DNA from: Fimicolochytrium jonesii
Lineage: Eukaryota
Length of the DNA: 64,000 nucleotides
Assembly (NCBI RefSeq): GCF_025526975.1
Contig: NW_026515678.1
Coordinates: 248,001 to 312,000, forward strand
Reading direction: 5' to 3'
In this document: one piece after another, positions 26,071-37,774 of the stretch
Numbering within the stretch: position 1 is the first letter of the stretch
Layout: the number at the start of each line of letters is the position of its first letter
Made by a program: the position numbers and the translations under genes
Notes under the pieces: model-generated
Told to the model about the DNA's origin: nothing
Seen by the model: the letters and a program-made list of their open reading frames with translations, nothing else
Databases searched by the model: none

Positions 26071-27550
26071 ATGACAACCCACACCACCCGCTCATCACCA
26101 CCAGCACAACCAGGTGTGAGTACCAGCCGCCTGTCTTCGTCCTCGCACACGCACATTCTAATTACCTCCCATCCCTGCAGGCATCAGCACAGCTTGCATC
26201 AGCACAGCTTGCATCACTCAACGCGTCCGCCCTACATCACGAGCCAACACCACCACCACCAACGACCGCTACGGGCGGCATACCCGCCGAACGCTATGTT
26301 GGATTCGTTGCTGGGCTTGCGTCGGGGGCGACGAAGTTGTTGGTTGGGCATCCTTTTGGTGAGTTGATGGAGGCGTGGGAAATTCGGGAGGGGAATAGCA
26401 AGGAAGGGTGGGAATGGCGAGGGAAGCGTGGGAGAAGAGGATTTGCGAGGGAGGATGGATCACGACGGAGGAGCAACGAGGCTCAAGGAAGGCCAGCTCC
26501 CAGGACGTCTATGTCCGCAGGTCGAAGATCACAGTTCTCACAGCATGTGCTTTCCCACGACTTCCCCTTTCATCAGACACAGTAAAAGTCCGTCTCCAAA
26601 CCGAAGGCTCCTTCGGCCGCTTCTCCGGCCCGCTTGACTGCATGCGCGCCACGATCCGTAAAGAAGGATTCCGCGCCCTCTACAAAGGCGCCACGCCCCC
26701 TCTCCTCGGCTGGGCGATGATGGACAGTGTCCAGATGGGCTCGCTGAACAATCTGCGCCTACTGATCGCGGGTGGTGATCCGGAGACCATGTTGAGTATC
26801 CCGGAACATGCGGCCGCGGGGCTGGGCGCGGGAATTGTGGTCAGCTTTGTGGCGACGCCAGTCGAGCTGTTGAAAGGGAAGCTGCAGGTGCAGTATGACG
26901 CTGCGACGAGGGTTTATAAGGGGCCGGTCGACTGTGCGAGGAAGCTGGTGAGTTCTTAGGTGAGCGAAGGGAAGGGCGGCATGTGGGAGACAGACGGGTA
27001 GCATGCGGCGGGAATCATTGTGCCCTGCGGGATGTTTCAAGTATGTGTGTCCTGACGCACTTTCGATAGGTCCAAGCGCACGGAATACCAGGACTATACC
27101 AAGGCCTAAGCGCCTGCCTCCTCTTCCGAAGTTTCTTCTGGGTTCTCTGGGGCAGCTACGAAGTCTACCGACGCAAATTCACCGAATGGGGCATGTCCAA
27201 GGGCATGATCCCCTTCTTTGCCGGCGGATGTGCCGCTAACACGTTTTGGACGATCTCTTTCCCGGCAGGTCAGTTGGTGATCTCTTGTCGCCGCGTTCAC
27301 ACTATTCACTCCAACATATCCCACAACAGATGTCTTAAAACAGCGAATGATGACCCAACCCTCCGCCCACCCGCGCCGCTACCCAACCGTCCGCAGCTGC
27401 GCGCAACACATTTGGCGGACGGAGGGACTTCGTGGGTTCTATCGAGGCTTCGTCCCGTGTTTCCTGCGATCGTTTCCGACCAATGGCGCTGCGATTTTCG
27501 TGTATGATGCCGGTATGCGGTTTGGGAAACGGGTTGTTGAGGGCGGGTGA
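26071..27550 (+). CDS. Mitochondrial carrier family protein (carnitine/acylcarnitine or YMC1-like)
   Basis: Three carrier repeats: GHPF|DTVKVRLQ, TPVELLKGKLQVQ, FPA|DVLKQRMM; also EGFRALYKG and EGLRGFYRG..LRSFPTN. Confidence 0.93.
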
Positions 27551-29058
27551 GGGGGCGAGTGGGCGAGCGAGGGAGGGAGGTGGATTGTAAAGCTATGAGG
27601 AGTGGACGCTTGGACGACGCGACAACGCTACACACCGCGCATCTAAAAGGGCTAGATTTTTGACCCCTCGCCGCGTGCCAAAGCGCTGAACGCTGCGTGC
27701 CCACAAAAAAGCAACCGCATTCATATTCCCTCCGGCCTCGGCCCCGACACCCGGAATCTGATGCTCGCTTCTGGCATTAGCGGTACTGCATGCTACGGAC
27801 GACGATGGGCGACTGGCGGACATCCGTGGGATCTTTGAGTCGCTTGCAATCGGCGGTGCCTGGGATCTGTAATTATAGACGATTGACTCATGGAAAACGT
27901 CGATGGGCCGAAGATGTACACTGTATATATGCACATAGCATCAAGTGGTGTATGCAGGTAGACCTTTTACAATGATAGGACGTGCTGGCTTTCAATCCGC
28001 ATGATCTCAACACTTTCGATGTTAGGTACTGCTTGCACGTACGGCACAGGGTGACTTCTGCATAATCGTCCCCTTCGAATTGGAGCACCGCTCATCCCAT
28101 TTGGAGCGGGGCGGTCCACCCACGCTTGCAGAGTAGAAGAAATCCCCAAGGCAACAACAGTGCGTCTTGCGCCTTCTACAGTCAGTGTCCATAAAGCTGG
28201 GTCCCCCCCATAATTGATTTCAATGTCCGTTTCACAAAGCGAGTCGCCCAGCGGCAAGCAAACCTGAAAGGCAGACGAACGTGGCCCCCAGCCAGAGCTA
28301 ACAGCCAACCAGACGGCCAGCGACACCGGCAGGGATTAGAGCGCTACTCTAGAACCCTAATACCTAGTGGTGGCGCCATCCAGTGCTAGGGTTGTCAAAA
28401 AGTCGGAGGCAATGTCGACTCTGATTTAATCTTGGGGGGGTCCCAGCTTTATGGACACTGACTGTACACTCTTCAAGCAATCCACACGGATCCATCACTT
28501 CCAGCGCACACAGACAGATCGTACGCGTTCAATTGACAGGATCTCAACACATCCGCTCGCTGGGGCTTCCATTCCGATCCTTGGCATCCTTGAATGCCGT
28601 TCTTCGCAGTGGGCGAATCCGACGATGCCCCGCAGCGTAGCGTTCAACGAGCATAGCGACACTGTCTTTTGCAATGGACGATTCACTTACAACAGAAATA
28701 CCAAGCAAATCAGGCAACAGCGCGGCACATTGTGTTTTCGGGGAAAGCCGATTTTCTTTAGAGAACAAAACTTTTTTATACAAAGCCCAGAATATGTGAT
28801 TAAGGGGGGGGAGAGAATAAGAAGATACATATCATCTACCATGCGCGATTATGATCTATCTACACGCGGAAATCCCGTCGTTTTCAGTTGCAGCGATGGA
28901 GAGTCAGGGGGGAAGAATCAGAAAACACTACAAGTTACAAGAGGACCATAGAGTCGTTTGAGGATGTATGTAAACAAAGTTGCAAGAGGTAGCAAGTTTC
29001 TAGGGTATTTGGTTCACCACGGGACTAGCCCGGCGGCGTGAAGAGCCAGGTGAGCCCT

Positions 29059-31089
29059 CTACCAGGTGCAGGTGTCGCAGTTGTCGTCGAAGAAGCAGTT
29101 GGGGAAGGAGCAGTCGGGCTCGGGCTTGGGGGTAGGGGTGGGGGTGGGCTTGCGGGTGGAGGTGGGGCGGGTGGTGGAAGTGGCGCGGGTGGAGGTGGGG
29201 ACAACCGTGGTCACGGGAGCGGAGGTGGAGGTGGGGCGGACAGTGGAGGTGGGGCGAGCAGTGGAAGTGGCACCTCCAGAGCACTCGGCGGGGACGGAGA
29301 AGTCGTTGGTGTATGTGCCAGAGACGGCCTTGGCACCGACACCACGCTTGGCGAACGCCTTCCAGATGGCGCACTTGTACTTGCCTTGGTAACGGTTCTG
29401 GTCAGCCTGGATGATGGCGTTACGTGCGGTAACGAAGGTAGGGGAGCAAGGCTGGAGCTTCATGTGGTCGATGAAGAGGTGCAAGGCGGCAATGTTACCA
29501 GTGTCCTGGTTGGGGTTGAAGATATCGGCGGAGTAACCGCCCTGGGTCCTCAAGTTCCAGTAGAGCTCGTGCCACAGTGTGGCCCAGATCTCACCGATGT
29601 CGTGAACTTCGCCCAGGGTGCCGACGTCGCTGTACTTGTAGGTGTTGCGGGTCAGACTGGTGGAGTAAGGCTGGGAGCGGATACCGCCGGCCTTGTTCAT
29701 CACCCAGGCACCGACGATCATGTCGTCGTCGGCGGTGGCATCAGCGGGGTAAGACACGATCAGGGAGGCCGCGTCGGACCAACCTTCACCCATACCACCG
29801 GCCTCGAGGGTCTCGAGACAGTTGGTGTTGGAGGGTCCACCGGTCAAACGGTTGGAGATACCGTGGGTGAACTCGTGGATGGGAATGGCGTTCTCAAGAC
29901 CACCGTCGCGAGTAGGGCTGGTCTGGGTGAACACGTACATGTTCATCTGGGGCTTCTGACCATCGGGAGGAGTGGCCATGTTAGCGTTGTCTGTGCCTCC
30001 GGGGTCCTGAGCGGAGACCTGGACGGCATCACCGCCCTTTCCTCCCTTGCTACCGTTGCTGGTCTGGAAGTTTCCGGACGCTTCGTCGAAACCGTACTTG
30101 TAGAAGAGATCGTGCATCTCGTTCGTAATGTAAAAGAGGTTGACGGTGGAGGCGATTTTGTTGCTGGCGGTGTTAGCAGCCTGGTTGACATTGTAAGGGG
30201 TGCTGTACACGTTGTTGGCGCCGCCCTGGGCGTAGGTCTTGGTGGAGCCGGACTTGGTGTAGACGACGGCGTTGTTACCGCGAGTGTCGGTGTAGGAGGT
30301 AGTACCGTCGTTGTGCCAGCCGTTAGGGGAGGCAGTCTGGTCTGCGGGGTCAGTCACAGTGATCTGGTCCTTGGTGGGGTTAGCAGCCTTGGCGGTGAAC
30401 TTGACAACATTGTAGGAAGCGTGGTTGACGAAGCTGGTAGAGTGGACAATCTTTCCGGTGTCGGCGGAGACATCTACTTGGTACCATTGCAGGTTCTTGC
30501 CGTTGTCGGCAGACTTCACCTGGAATGACCAGGTGTACTCGAACTTGCCATCACCGGTCTCGATGTAGCGGTTGAAGGGCTTCACCTCAGGGACAAGCTT
30601 CAGGCCGGTGGATTTCTCAGCGGCAGCGACGGCGGCATCAGCGGAGACCTTGGCGGCGGCGGCAGGGATGGTAGGCTTGAGGGCGTTCTGGGCGGTGGGG
30701 ATGTTGGAACCGAAAGCAACGACCTTTCCGTCCTTGATGGACACGTTAGCGTGCTGGTTTCCGACACGTGCACCGTTCAAGACGCGCTTGAAGTAGATGT
30801 TCCTGATGCCGTCGCTAGTGTAGTCGTCAGTGACCTCGAGGTCATCAGCCTTCAAACCGTGCTTGCTGGTAACGTAAGCGACGGCGATGTCCTTGGGGGA
30901 GGTGGGGGCGAGGCCGTTGGGGCCCTTGGCGGGGGCAAGACCGGCACCGAGACCCTCGAAGGCAGCAACACGGTGGAAAGCGGGGATGTTGTCGAGAGCA
31001 CCAGCGGGGGCGGGGGCAGGGGCGGCGGCGACGAAAGCGGCGGAGGAGAGAACGGTTGCGGCCAGCGCAATGTTGGAAGAGATCCTCAT
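29059..31089 (-). CDS. Secreted fungalysin (M36) metalloprotease with FTP propeptide, Thr-rich linker and Cys-rich tail
   Basis: Signal peptide MRISSNIALAA..., HDLFYKYGFDEASGNFQ, NANMATPPDG, HEFTHGISNRLTGG zinc motif, GGMGEGWSD, EVHDIGEIWA, WKAFAKRGVG. Intronless. Confidence 0.97.
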   Translation of the reverse strand: MRISSNIALAATVLSSAAFVAAAPAPAPAGALDNIPAFHRVAAFEGLGAGLAPAKGPNGLAPTSPKDIAVAYVTSKHGLKADDLEVTDDYTSDGIRNIYFKRVLNGARVGNQHANVSIKDGKVVAFGSNIPTAQNALKPTIPAAAAKVSADAAVAAAEKSTGLKLVPEVKPFNRYIETGDGKFEYTWSFQVKSADNGKNLQWYQVDVSADTGKIVHSTSFVNHASYNVVKFTAKAANPTKDQITVTDPADQTASPNGWHNDGTTSYTDTRGNNAVVYTKSGSTKTYAQGGANNVYSTPYNVNQAANTASNKIASTVNLFYITNEMHDLFYKYGFDEASGNFQTSNGSKGGKGGDAVQVSAQDPGGTDNANMATPPDGQKPQMNMYVFTQTSPTRDGGLENAIPIHEFTHGISNRLTGGPSNTNCLETLEAGGMGEGWSDAASLIVSYPADATADDDMIVGAWVMNKAGGIRSQPYSTSLTRNTYKYSDVGTLGEVHDIGEIWATLWHELYWNLRTQGGYSADIFNPNQDTGNIAALHLFIDHMKLQPCSPTFVTARNAIIQADQNRYQGKYKCAIWKAFAKRGVGAKAVSGTYTNDFSVPAECSGGATSTARPTSTVRPTSTSAPVTTVVPTSTRATSTTRPTSTRKPTPTPTPKPEPDCSFPNCFFDDNCDTCTW

Positions 31090-34000
31090 GATGCGATAGT
31101 GATAAGGATAAAGTAAGAAAAAACTATGTGGTATCAAAGTAACAGAGATGCAGGAAACCAAGGCTCGTCAAGAGTCTGGTGCGAGAAGGAGATGAGCGAC
31201 TGCTTCGAAAGAAGCAGGTGTAGTTGGTTGAGTTGAGCTGAGGAGACAAGAAGGGGAACGTGCGGGAAGCCCGCAGCCTTTATAGGATTCGGGGGACATG
31301 GAGACGGCGAGGGCAGTTGCTGTGGGCACCCGTAGGTCGCTCAACTGCCGACGATACACAGTACTGTAGTAGAATGCCCTCCGCGAAGACTGCGATAGAG
31401 GGTCATGGATGTCTTTCTGGTGTGGATGTGATCTCGCGCGAGTAAAGCGATATGCCTTGACCGCGATCAAGGCCACAACCCACGGATCCCTGGGCTGTCC
31501 GACGTGGGACGAAAGCGTCGGCATGTTTGTCAAGACTGGCCGACGAGGAGGATTGCGCATTGCGCAGTTCTAGCCGATCCTCTCCAATCCGTTGTAACTT
31601 GAACTTGTGACGGGCGGTGATGAAAACGGCGGGATGGGATGAGTTGGGGACACTCGGCGTCTGCGCATAGATGATTAGGAATCCCATGAGAACGGTAACC
31701 AAAAATGCCAACCCTCGTTGAGGCTCTCTTAACCGCCTCGGATGCCATGCAATATCCTCGTCGCTGTCGTGTGATTGCAAACGGTACCGGCGAGTCCGTT
31801 CAAATAAGAGACACTTTTCGGCTGCTATCAGCTCTCGTTGATCCGTTGTGAGGTTGTCACACAGGCAAGGGGGCTGTGACTTCTGATCGCGTCGCGTTGG
31901 CGCCCCTAGTGACGCGTGGGAAGTGACCGACCCGGCCAGTGTGAGATCGTGGATAGTCAGAACGCAAATTTGTCGCCCACCCGAATTCCGGTTGGACTTT
32001 TGCACCGTCGCTTGACTGGCCTTCTTCCTCCGCGGCGCTGGTCGTGATTGAGAGCAGGATGATGCAAGCGTAGGCTTGATGCTACTTCACCTCCCATGGG
32101 AGCCATTGTTAGGACATAGCGGTAGCTGCCCATCCCCACGCCTGCGATACCGTCGAAAAAAGATAGATTCCAGGTTTGTCGGCAGTCTCGGTATTTCGGC
32201 GGTCACCCAGTGTCACGCTGATCAAACCACACGGCACGCATGTTCTTCGAAAGCTTCGGTTCGCCGCTTGTCCTACCGTCTCACTAATGGGCATACGACG
32301 ACAACAGTGTGACTGGGTCCCCGATCCGTCGCAAATGAATCCATCATCATATCAGTTCTTGCTGGCCGCTATGGCCCACATGGGCTAGTCCAGGTCCTGT
32401 CGCTCGGCGTGTCCTCCGAATTGCTTATTATTGTCGTCATTCGGAATACATGTAATCAAGCAAGTGTGCGGGAGACGGTAGGAGTAACCGTACGAGCGTC
32501 GATAGGAAATGCCATGTCATCCCGTGATTTTATCCAGAATCTCCATACAGTAGTATCCTGGGTAAATCTATCAGAGAACATGGATGCAGGGCAAGTAGTT
32601 CATTGCGCAATGGCGACTTCTTCTGATTCCTATGATGCCAAAAACCGAACGCCGCAGTGCATGTTCTCATTCTCGCTCCAGCGTTCCTGCGCATGCCTTC
32701 CCGTGCGTGCGCATCCCCAGTCATGATTCACTTATCTGTGCGTGTTCGGACTGCGACAGCTGCCCGTCATTCTCCTATCTGCCCCTTGCCTTCCGAGGGT
32801 GATGAAGCTTCCCACAATCCCATTGAAGAAATTCTTCAAAAACCCCCTGAATTCCTGATTCACACCACAGCGCAACAGACCCGTCGGTGATCACGCTTCC
32901 GGCCCCACAAGCCTGATTGGGATAGATGACGACACTCCGAGACGGGAAAGGTGGAAAGCATGGAACTGTGTGCACTGGCGGGTATCTGTCTATCTGGCTA
33001 TACGCGAAAAACGGGAGGGTTTCTGCTACTGGTTTCTGTCTGTGGACTGGGGCGATCTTGATTCTTGATTTTGGGGGGTACGAAGATCCCATCCCCTTCT
33101 TTGACAGTGCGACTGCGAAATGGCAACAAATGTGGCTAATGGCCGGTTTCTAAGCAGATAGTGATGGTGATCCAGCTTCTTTCCCCCACGCTTCGGTGAA
33201 TCAGGTCAGGTTTCGGAGCTCAAGACATCGCCGCGGCATTCCGATTTTTGACTTGAGGAAGTTGAGGTGATGCGACAGGCATGCAAATTGCATCCGATCC
33301 TGCATCCGATCCGGACGTGAATCCTCTGTGCCTTGGGCTTCTGATCGCTATGTCCAACGTGCCAGCGCGTGGCCGACGGAAGGATGAATCACCCTGGAGT
33401 CCGATCATACATATAGATCGCCGGACTACTCCACAGACCTACGTATAGCAAATCTACAGTAATGCAAGTCAAGGCACCAAGAGCTATCTGGCCAAGTGGC
33501 AAGGCGTCGGTGGCATAGCAGCGACGCAGCCTCCGCCCGCCGAGATCAGACCGTCACAGCCCCATATCACTCACTGTTGGGCGATATCGCGAACTCTGAT
33601 AGCATGTTCCATGCCAGCTGTCAAAAGACACCGCGCACCGTCACATTATTACAACCCGATCGGCATGTTACGATTCTGATTCTACTCAAGCCGTGGGGTT
33701 TCTCTTCTGCACTGTGGACGAGTGCTTACCTCTAGTGGGCTTCCAACACCGTCATCTCACACGCCTCACCTGCAGCGATTACCGCTTATCCTGCGACCTG
33801 ATTCTGATCAACACAGAAGATTCCAGCTCGGGAACAAAAAGCCAACCAGATCAATCACTCCACTTTTTCTTCGAACGTTACTTCTTCAGTTCCGTTGGGT
33901 TACTATGATTCTTTCGCTTGCAGCTGACTCCGGAGTGGTCTCGTCCGGGCCGATCTTCGGTTTAGTCAGTTCAACCGCCGCAGAATATGCAGATCCGTTC

Positions 34001-35901
34001 TTCTCTTATCGGGTGGAGGCGGGGAACCGAACGTCTCCCAGACTACAGTTGCAGTTGGGAGCTGGGGAGTCGTCGGCCGGAACCTTCGGCTGATGGACTG
34101 TACCATTCATCGTGCTGCCTTTGAACCCGCGAATGCTTTTACAACTCACTAGAATTCAAGGTCCATCGGACCAGCGCAGACTCATCCGACTATTTGCCTC
34201 ACACATACAGTACATACATACATACATACATGCGCAGCGTTGTGCATGTGTTGATGTCGGACCGTTTCACATGAGGCGTCTACCGTCTGCACAAATAATT
34301 TCGTTCAAAAGTCAAATCTCATGTATTCCGATGTGGATTTGCGAGCTCCGGGAGGTCTTTGTGACGGGAAGACAAGAGGGTTGGCAGTTGCGCCCTTGGC
34401 TTTTCTTCTTCGCTGCTTAGGGTTATGATGACTGTGTGGCGACGGAAGGGGAAGACCGTGCTTCAGTTGGCTCTGATGCTGCTCCTGCGCTTCAGCAGCC
34501 GGGGAAGCTCCTGTCCACGCGTGACTTGGGAGTACATTGTGGATAGTCCTTAGACGTCAAGCTTATGTGCGGACCGATGGTACGCATGTGCATGGACCAC
34601 GACCGACATGACCTTGGAAGTCGATTTTGCCATGCCAAAACGGCTACGCGGCATCCAGAGCGCCATCCTTGGTGTTGGTCATTCCTGCTTCGGAGTTCGA
34701 AGGCTGCAGCATTCGATTTATGACATCAGGTTGACTGGGGGAAAGGAGTACGTAGATCGTTGATGTAACGTAGATATAAACGAAAGATGTTGATCTTGAA
34801 GCGAGACATTTTGGAGTTGCAATGCCCTCAATTGAAGCTGGGATGGCCTCAATATAATGGCAAGAGTGTTTCTTTTTATCCCGGGGTAGCTGGAATCCCT
34901 GCCGTAGATCACAAGATTAGTTCATTGAGTGGAAGGCTACTTCGGTTTAACTGACTTTCGTTGCCGGGGGGGCGCCGAGAACTGGGCAATTGGAGGAACG
35001 GATTACCTAACGAGTACGAGGGAAGGCTTACCGGCCCTGCTCGCTCACATAGGATTAAGATTCCGCCTCATCTGCCGCATGGGCGTCGAAATGGCGTTTA
35101 GGGTGGTTTTTGTAGATGACGTTCCCAGGAGTCGAGAATTTGGCAGGATGGTGGATTGGCCTGATAAGCTAGAGAGGCTGGCAGGCTTGAACACCGGTGT
35201 ACCCCATATACATGGATAAAGCGAAGTGACAGAAAAGCCTTTTAGGGGAATTTTAGGGGTTTCATTATCGCTTCATAGAAAGCAGTGACGCGCTGTTGCC
35301 CATCGGATACCTGGACACACTGGCGGACAACCTCAGTCTCCTCAACGGTCGGGCGTTGAGACGTGAAATCAGCAAACTCCGCAGCCGGCGTTGAGGGGAG
35401 TTTTGCAAACGCTCAGCAAAAGGCGTCAATACGCGCTGTCGAATTTTATCAAAGTTGAGCGGAATGCCAAAGCCGTTAGAAAAGGAAAAAGAAGTAATAC
35501 ATAGAATCGCAAGAGGTCATGAATCAGTTGCAGTTTCAAAAATTCTGTGACTGACAAAAACCTAGCCAGTTTAATTCGCATTGTCTGTCATATGCCCGTC
35601 GAGACGGCGTTTAGGCTAGCCTTCATAGATGGGGGCGAGCCGTGGAGCCCCGTATCATGGGAGAACTCCCCTCCATCATGGGAGGAGTGGGCTTGGGAGT
35701 TAGGCGAGTTGGCAAAGCTCAATTCTGTTTACTTGGGTATATATGATCCCTATGACTCACCTGAAGTCTGATACTTCCATGAGATTAGGTTCTATCCAGT
35801 GTAATTTCCATGGAAGATCGTATATATGACCATCTGAGAGTGGACACCCCTCCGATAGCTGAGACAACCACCTGCACTTGATCGTTCTCGTTGGCAATCG
35901 T

Positions 35902-36270
35902 TTAAGCATTTCCTCCACCAAACGGCTGCAATGTGGCTTGGATGTTGTTCCCAGGAAACTGAAAAACATGAATATTGGCGAGGTACACCCGCACGTTATT
36001 CGCAGTGGACAGAAAGTCCCCGGCGGCAGCCCATATGCCGTTCGAGATGGGATCTATAGAACATGAGAGACGCCCGGAGGTAAACCCAGGGAGGACGATG
36101 TTGTATGTCCCTGCGGCGCTGATGGGCTGGGAGCCACTGAAAGTCCTAAATGAGCTCGCATACCTATTTCCTGCCACACCTGCTCCACCAGAGACCTTCA
36201 GGGCTCCCGTCGCTGTACTTGTGGAACCCGTGGTATCCGTGATGGTCGCCGTTGCAGCGTAAGAACTCAA
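35902..36270 (-). pseudogene. Fragment of a viral fibre-like repeat protein
   Basis: TDTTGSTSTATGALKVSGGAGVAGN matches the repeats in ORF 62007-64000 (STSISTGALQLKGGAGIAGN). No ATG start. Confidence 0.7.
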
Positions 36271-36330
36271 TTGGGCTGTGGGCTAAAACTATATCACGTA
36301 AAAATTTCCACTGCGAATACTCTAGGAGAT

Positions 36331-36687
36331 ATGACAGAACCCGCACTAAGCGTTACAGTCACACCTCCGGAGGCCGCTTCCGGAAAAGCTGTCGACATAA
36401 GCACCCCGAAGGAGGGCGGGATGTACGATCTCACATACACGATAGACATAGAGGGGTGCAAGGAGCTCTCGGGAACTCTGAGGGTCAGTATTGCCGAAGG
36501 AGGCGACTTCCCGTCGATCCGTCTATCGGTGAGCCGGGAGAAGAGCGAGGACGGGTTCTACATGGCAAACGTAGGTCCCGATCGCCGGTCGCTTCTTACC
36601 TTCACAGCTACACCCGACGACTTGCCACAGGCAGACTTGACGCTCAAGTACTGTACAAACTGGCTTGGAGTGAGAGTGACTACGTAG
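36331..36687 (+). CDS. Small intronless beta-rich protein of unknown function (probably viral)
   Basis: ORF MTEPALSVTVTPPE...YDLTYTIDIEGCKELSGTLRVSIA...LTFTATP..LKYCTNWLGVRVTT*, preceded by an AT-rich spacer. Confidence 0.5.
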   Translation: MTEPALSVTVTPPEAASGKAVDISTPKEGGMYDLTYTIDIEGCKELSGTLRVSIAEGGDFPSIRLSVSREKSEDGFYMANVGPDRRSLLTFTATPDDLPQADLTLKYCTNWLGVRVTT

Positions 36688-36748
36688 GCCGTCAATACGC
36701 GCTGTTAAAAAGGAGAGTATTAAAATAGAATAGACCACAGAGGCTCAT

Positions 36749-37588
36749 TTGTACATCCTCCTTGCCACGCTCCTTCTCTGCTGCCTAGCCTCTGCATGCG
36801 GGGGTCTCGCATGGTACTTCCAGGATTCACAGTCAAAGGACTCGGAGACTCTGACGGGCACCAGCACTAGCACGGCCGCGGACACGGCCACGGCCACAGG
36901 TTCGACGACTACTGGCACCGACACGGCCACGGCCACGGCTCCGACGCAGGTGTACTGCCCGGCCAGGCAACCGTTCCCACCGGCCAAGGCGGGAGAGACG
37001 GCATACGGCGCGTGCGTGGTTGACAAATATCCGGGCTTGACCAGCGCGAAGTGCCTGGACATCGGGACGTGGGCCCCAGCTACGGCCTGTATTGCGAATC
37101 CGACGCAGTGTGCGGGAGACGGGCGTGTTCCCACCGGCGACGCTCAATGACCGCGTCAACGGCAGCTGTCCGGCCGGCTTCACTGGCGTATCAGACTAGA
37201 CGCTGTGGTGTAAACGGCCTTTTTGAGGAGATCTACAGCTTACTGCACTCCACTCAATTGCCCGAAGCCCGCCACCGGGCCGGCCTTCCTCGAGACCCCG
37301 GTGAATAAGCGGGCGTACGCTGATTGCCCGGCAGGGTACTCCGGCAAGCAATCGGCCGTGTGCACGTCAAGGCTGACCTTCGATCCTGCGTACACCTCGC
37401 AATGCGTTCCCATTGTAGCGATGAAGTGTGCCGCGAAAGCGCCCGGAGTTATCGACCAACTCTGCAGAATTTTGACAGGAGTCAGCTTCGCGCTGTCGAG
37501 ATCCGTGCGGCGCATCCCGACAACCTGTGCAAACGTGGTCGGGAATCGAATCAGGGGAGAGGGGGTTCGCCCGTATGCCTTGCTTTGA
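36749..37588 (+). pseudogene. Membrane-anchored protein with Thr-rich stalk and repeated Cys-rich (hormone-receptor-domain-like) modules, frameshifted
   Basis: Hydrophobic N-terminus, T/A/S stalk, CPARQPFPPAKAGETAYGAC..YPGLTSAKCLDIGTW..C and CP...AFLETPVNKRAYADCPAGYSGKQSAVCT..FDPAYTSQC in different frames. No ATG. Confidence 0.55.
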
Positions 37589-37774
37589 CAGACCTTTGTG
37601 GCTCTTTCGCAGCACGTGGATGTAGGAAGGCTATGTGGGGAAGGCGTGCCGGTGTTTATTTGTTGCTTGGCAGTTGGACGCAAAGAAACGCATACTACAT
37701 ATACAGTATGTTCGCGTCGTCCTCCCATTTCATTGCACTACATCGTCACCTCCCCTCATACGCCGCTACATACA

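Larger units (their letters stand above)
34700..37590. mobile_element. Decayed virus-like island (fibre-repeat fragment, small intronless ORFs)
   Basis: Contains a fragment homologous to the 62-64 kb fibre-like ORF, compact intronless ORFs with AT-rich spacers, a repeated 16-mer and frameshifts. Boundaries are approximate. Confidence 0.5.

Noticed and set aside
29038..30528. 496-aa plus-strand ORF
   Set aside because: Antisense shadow of the codon-biased fungalysin gene.
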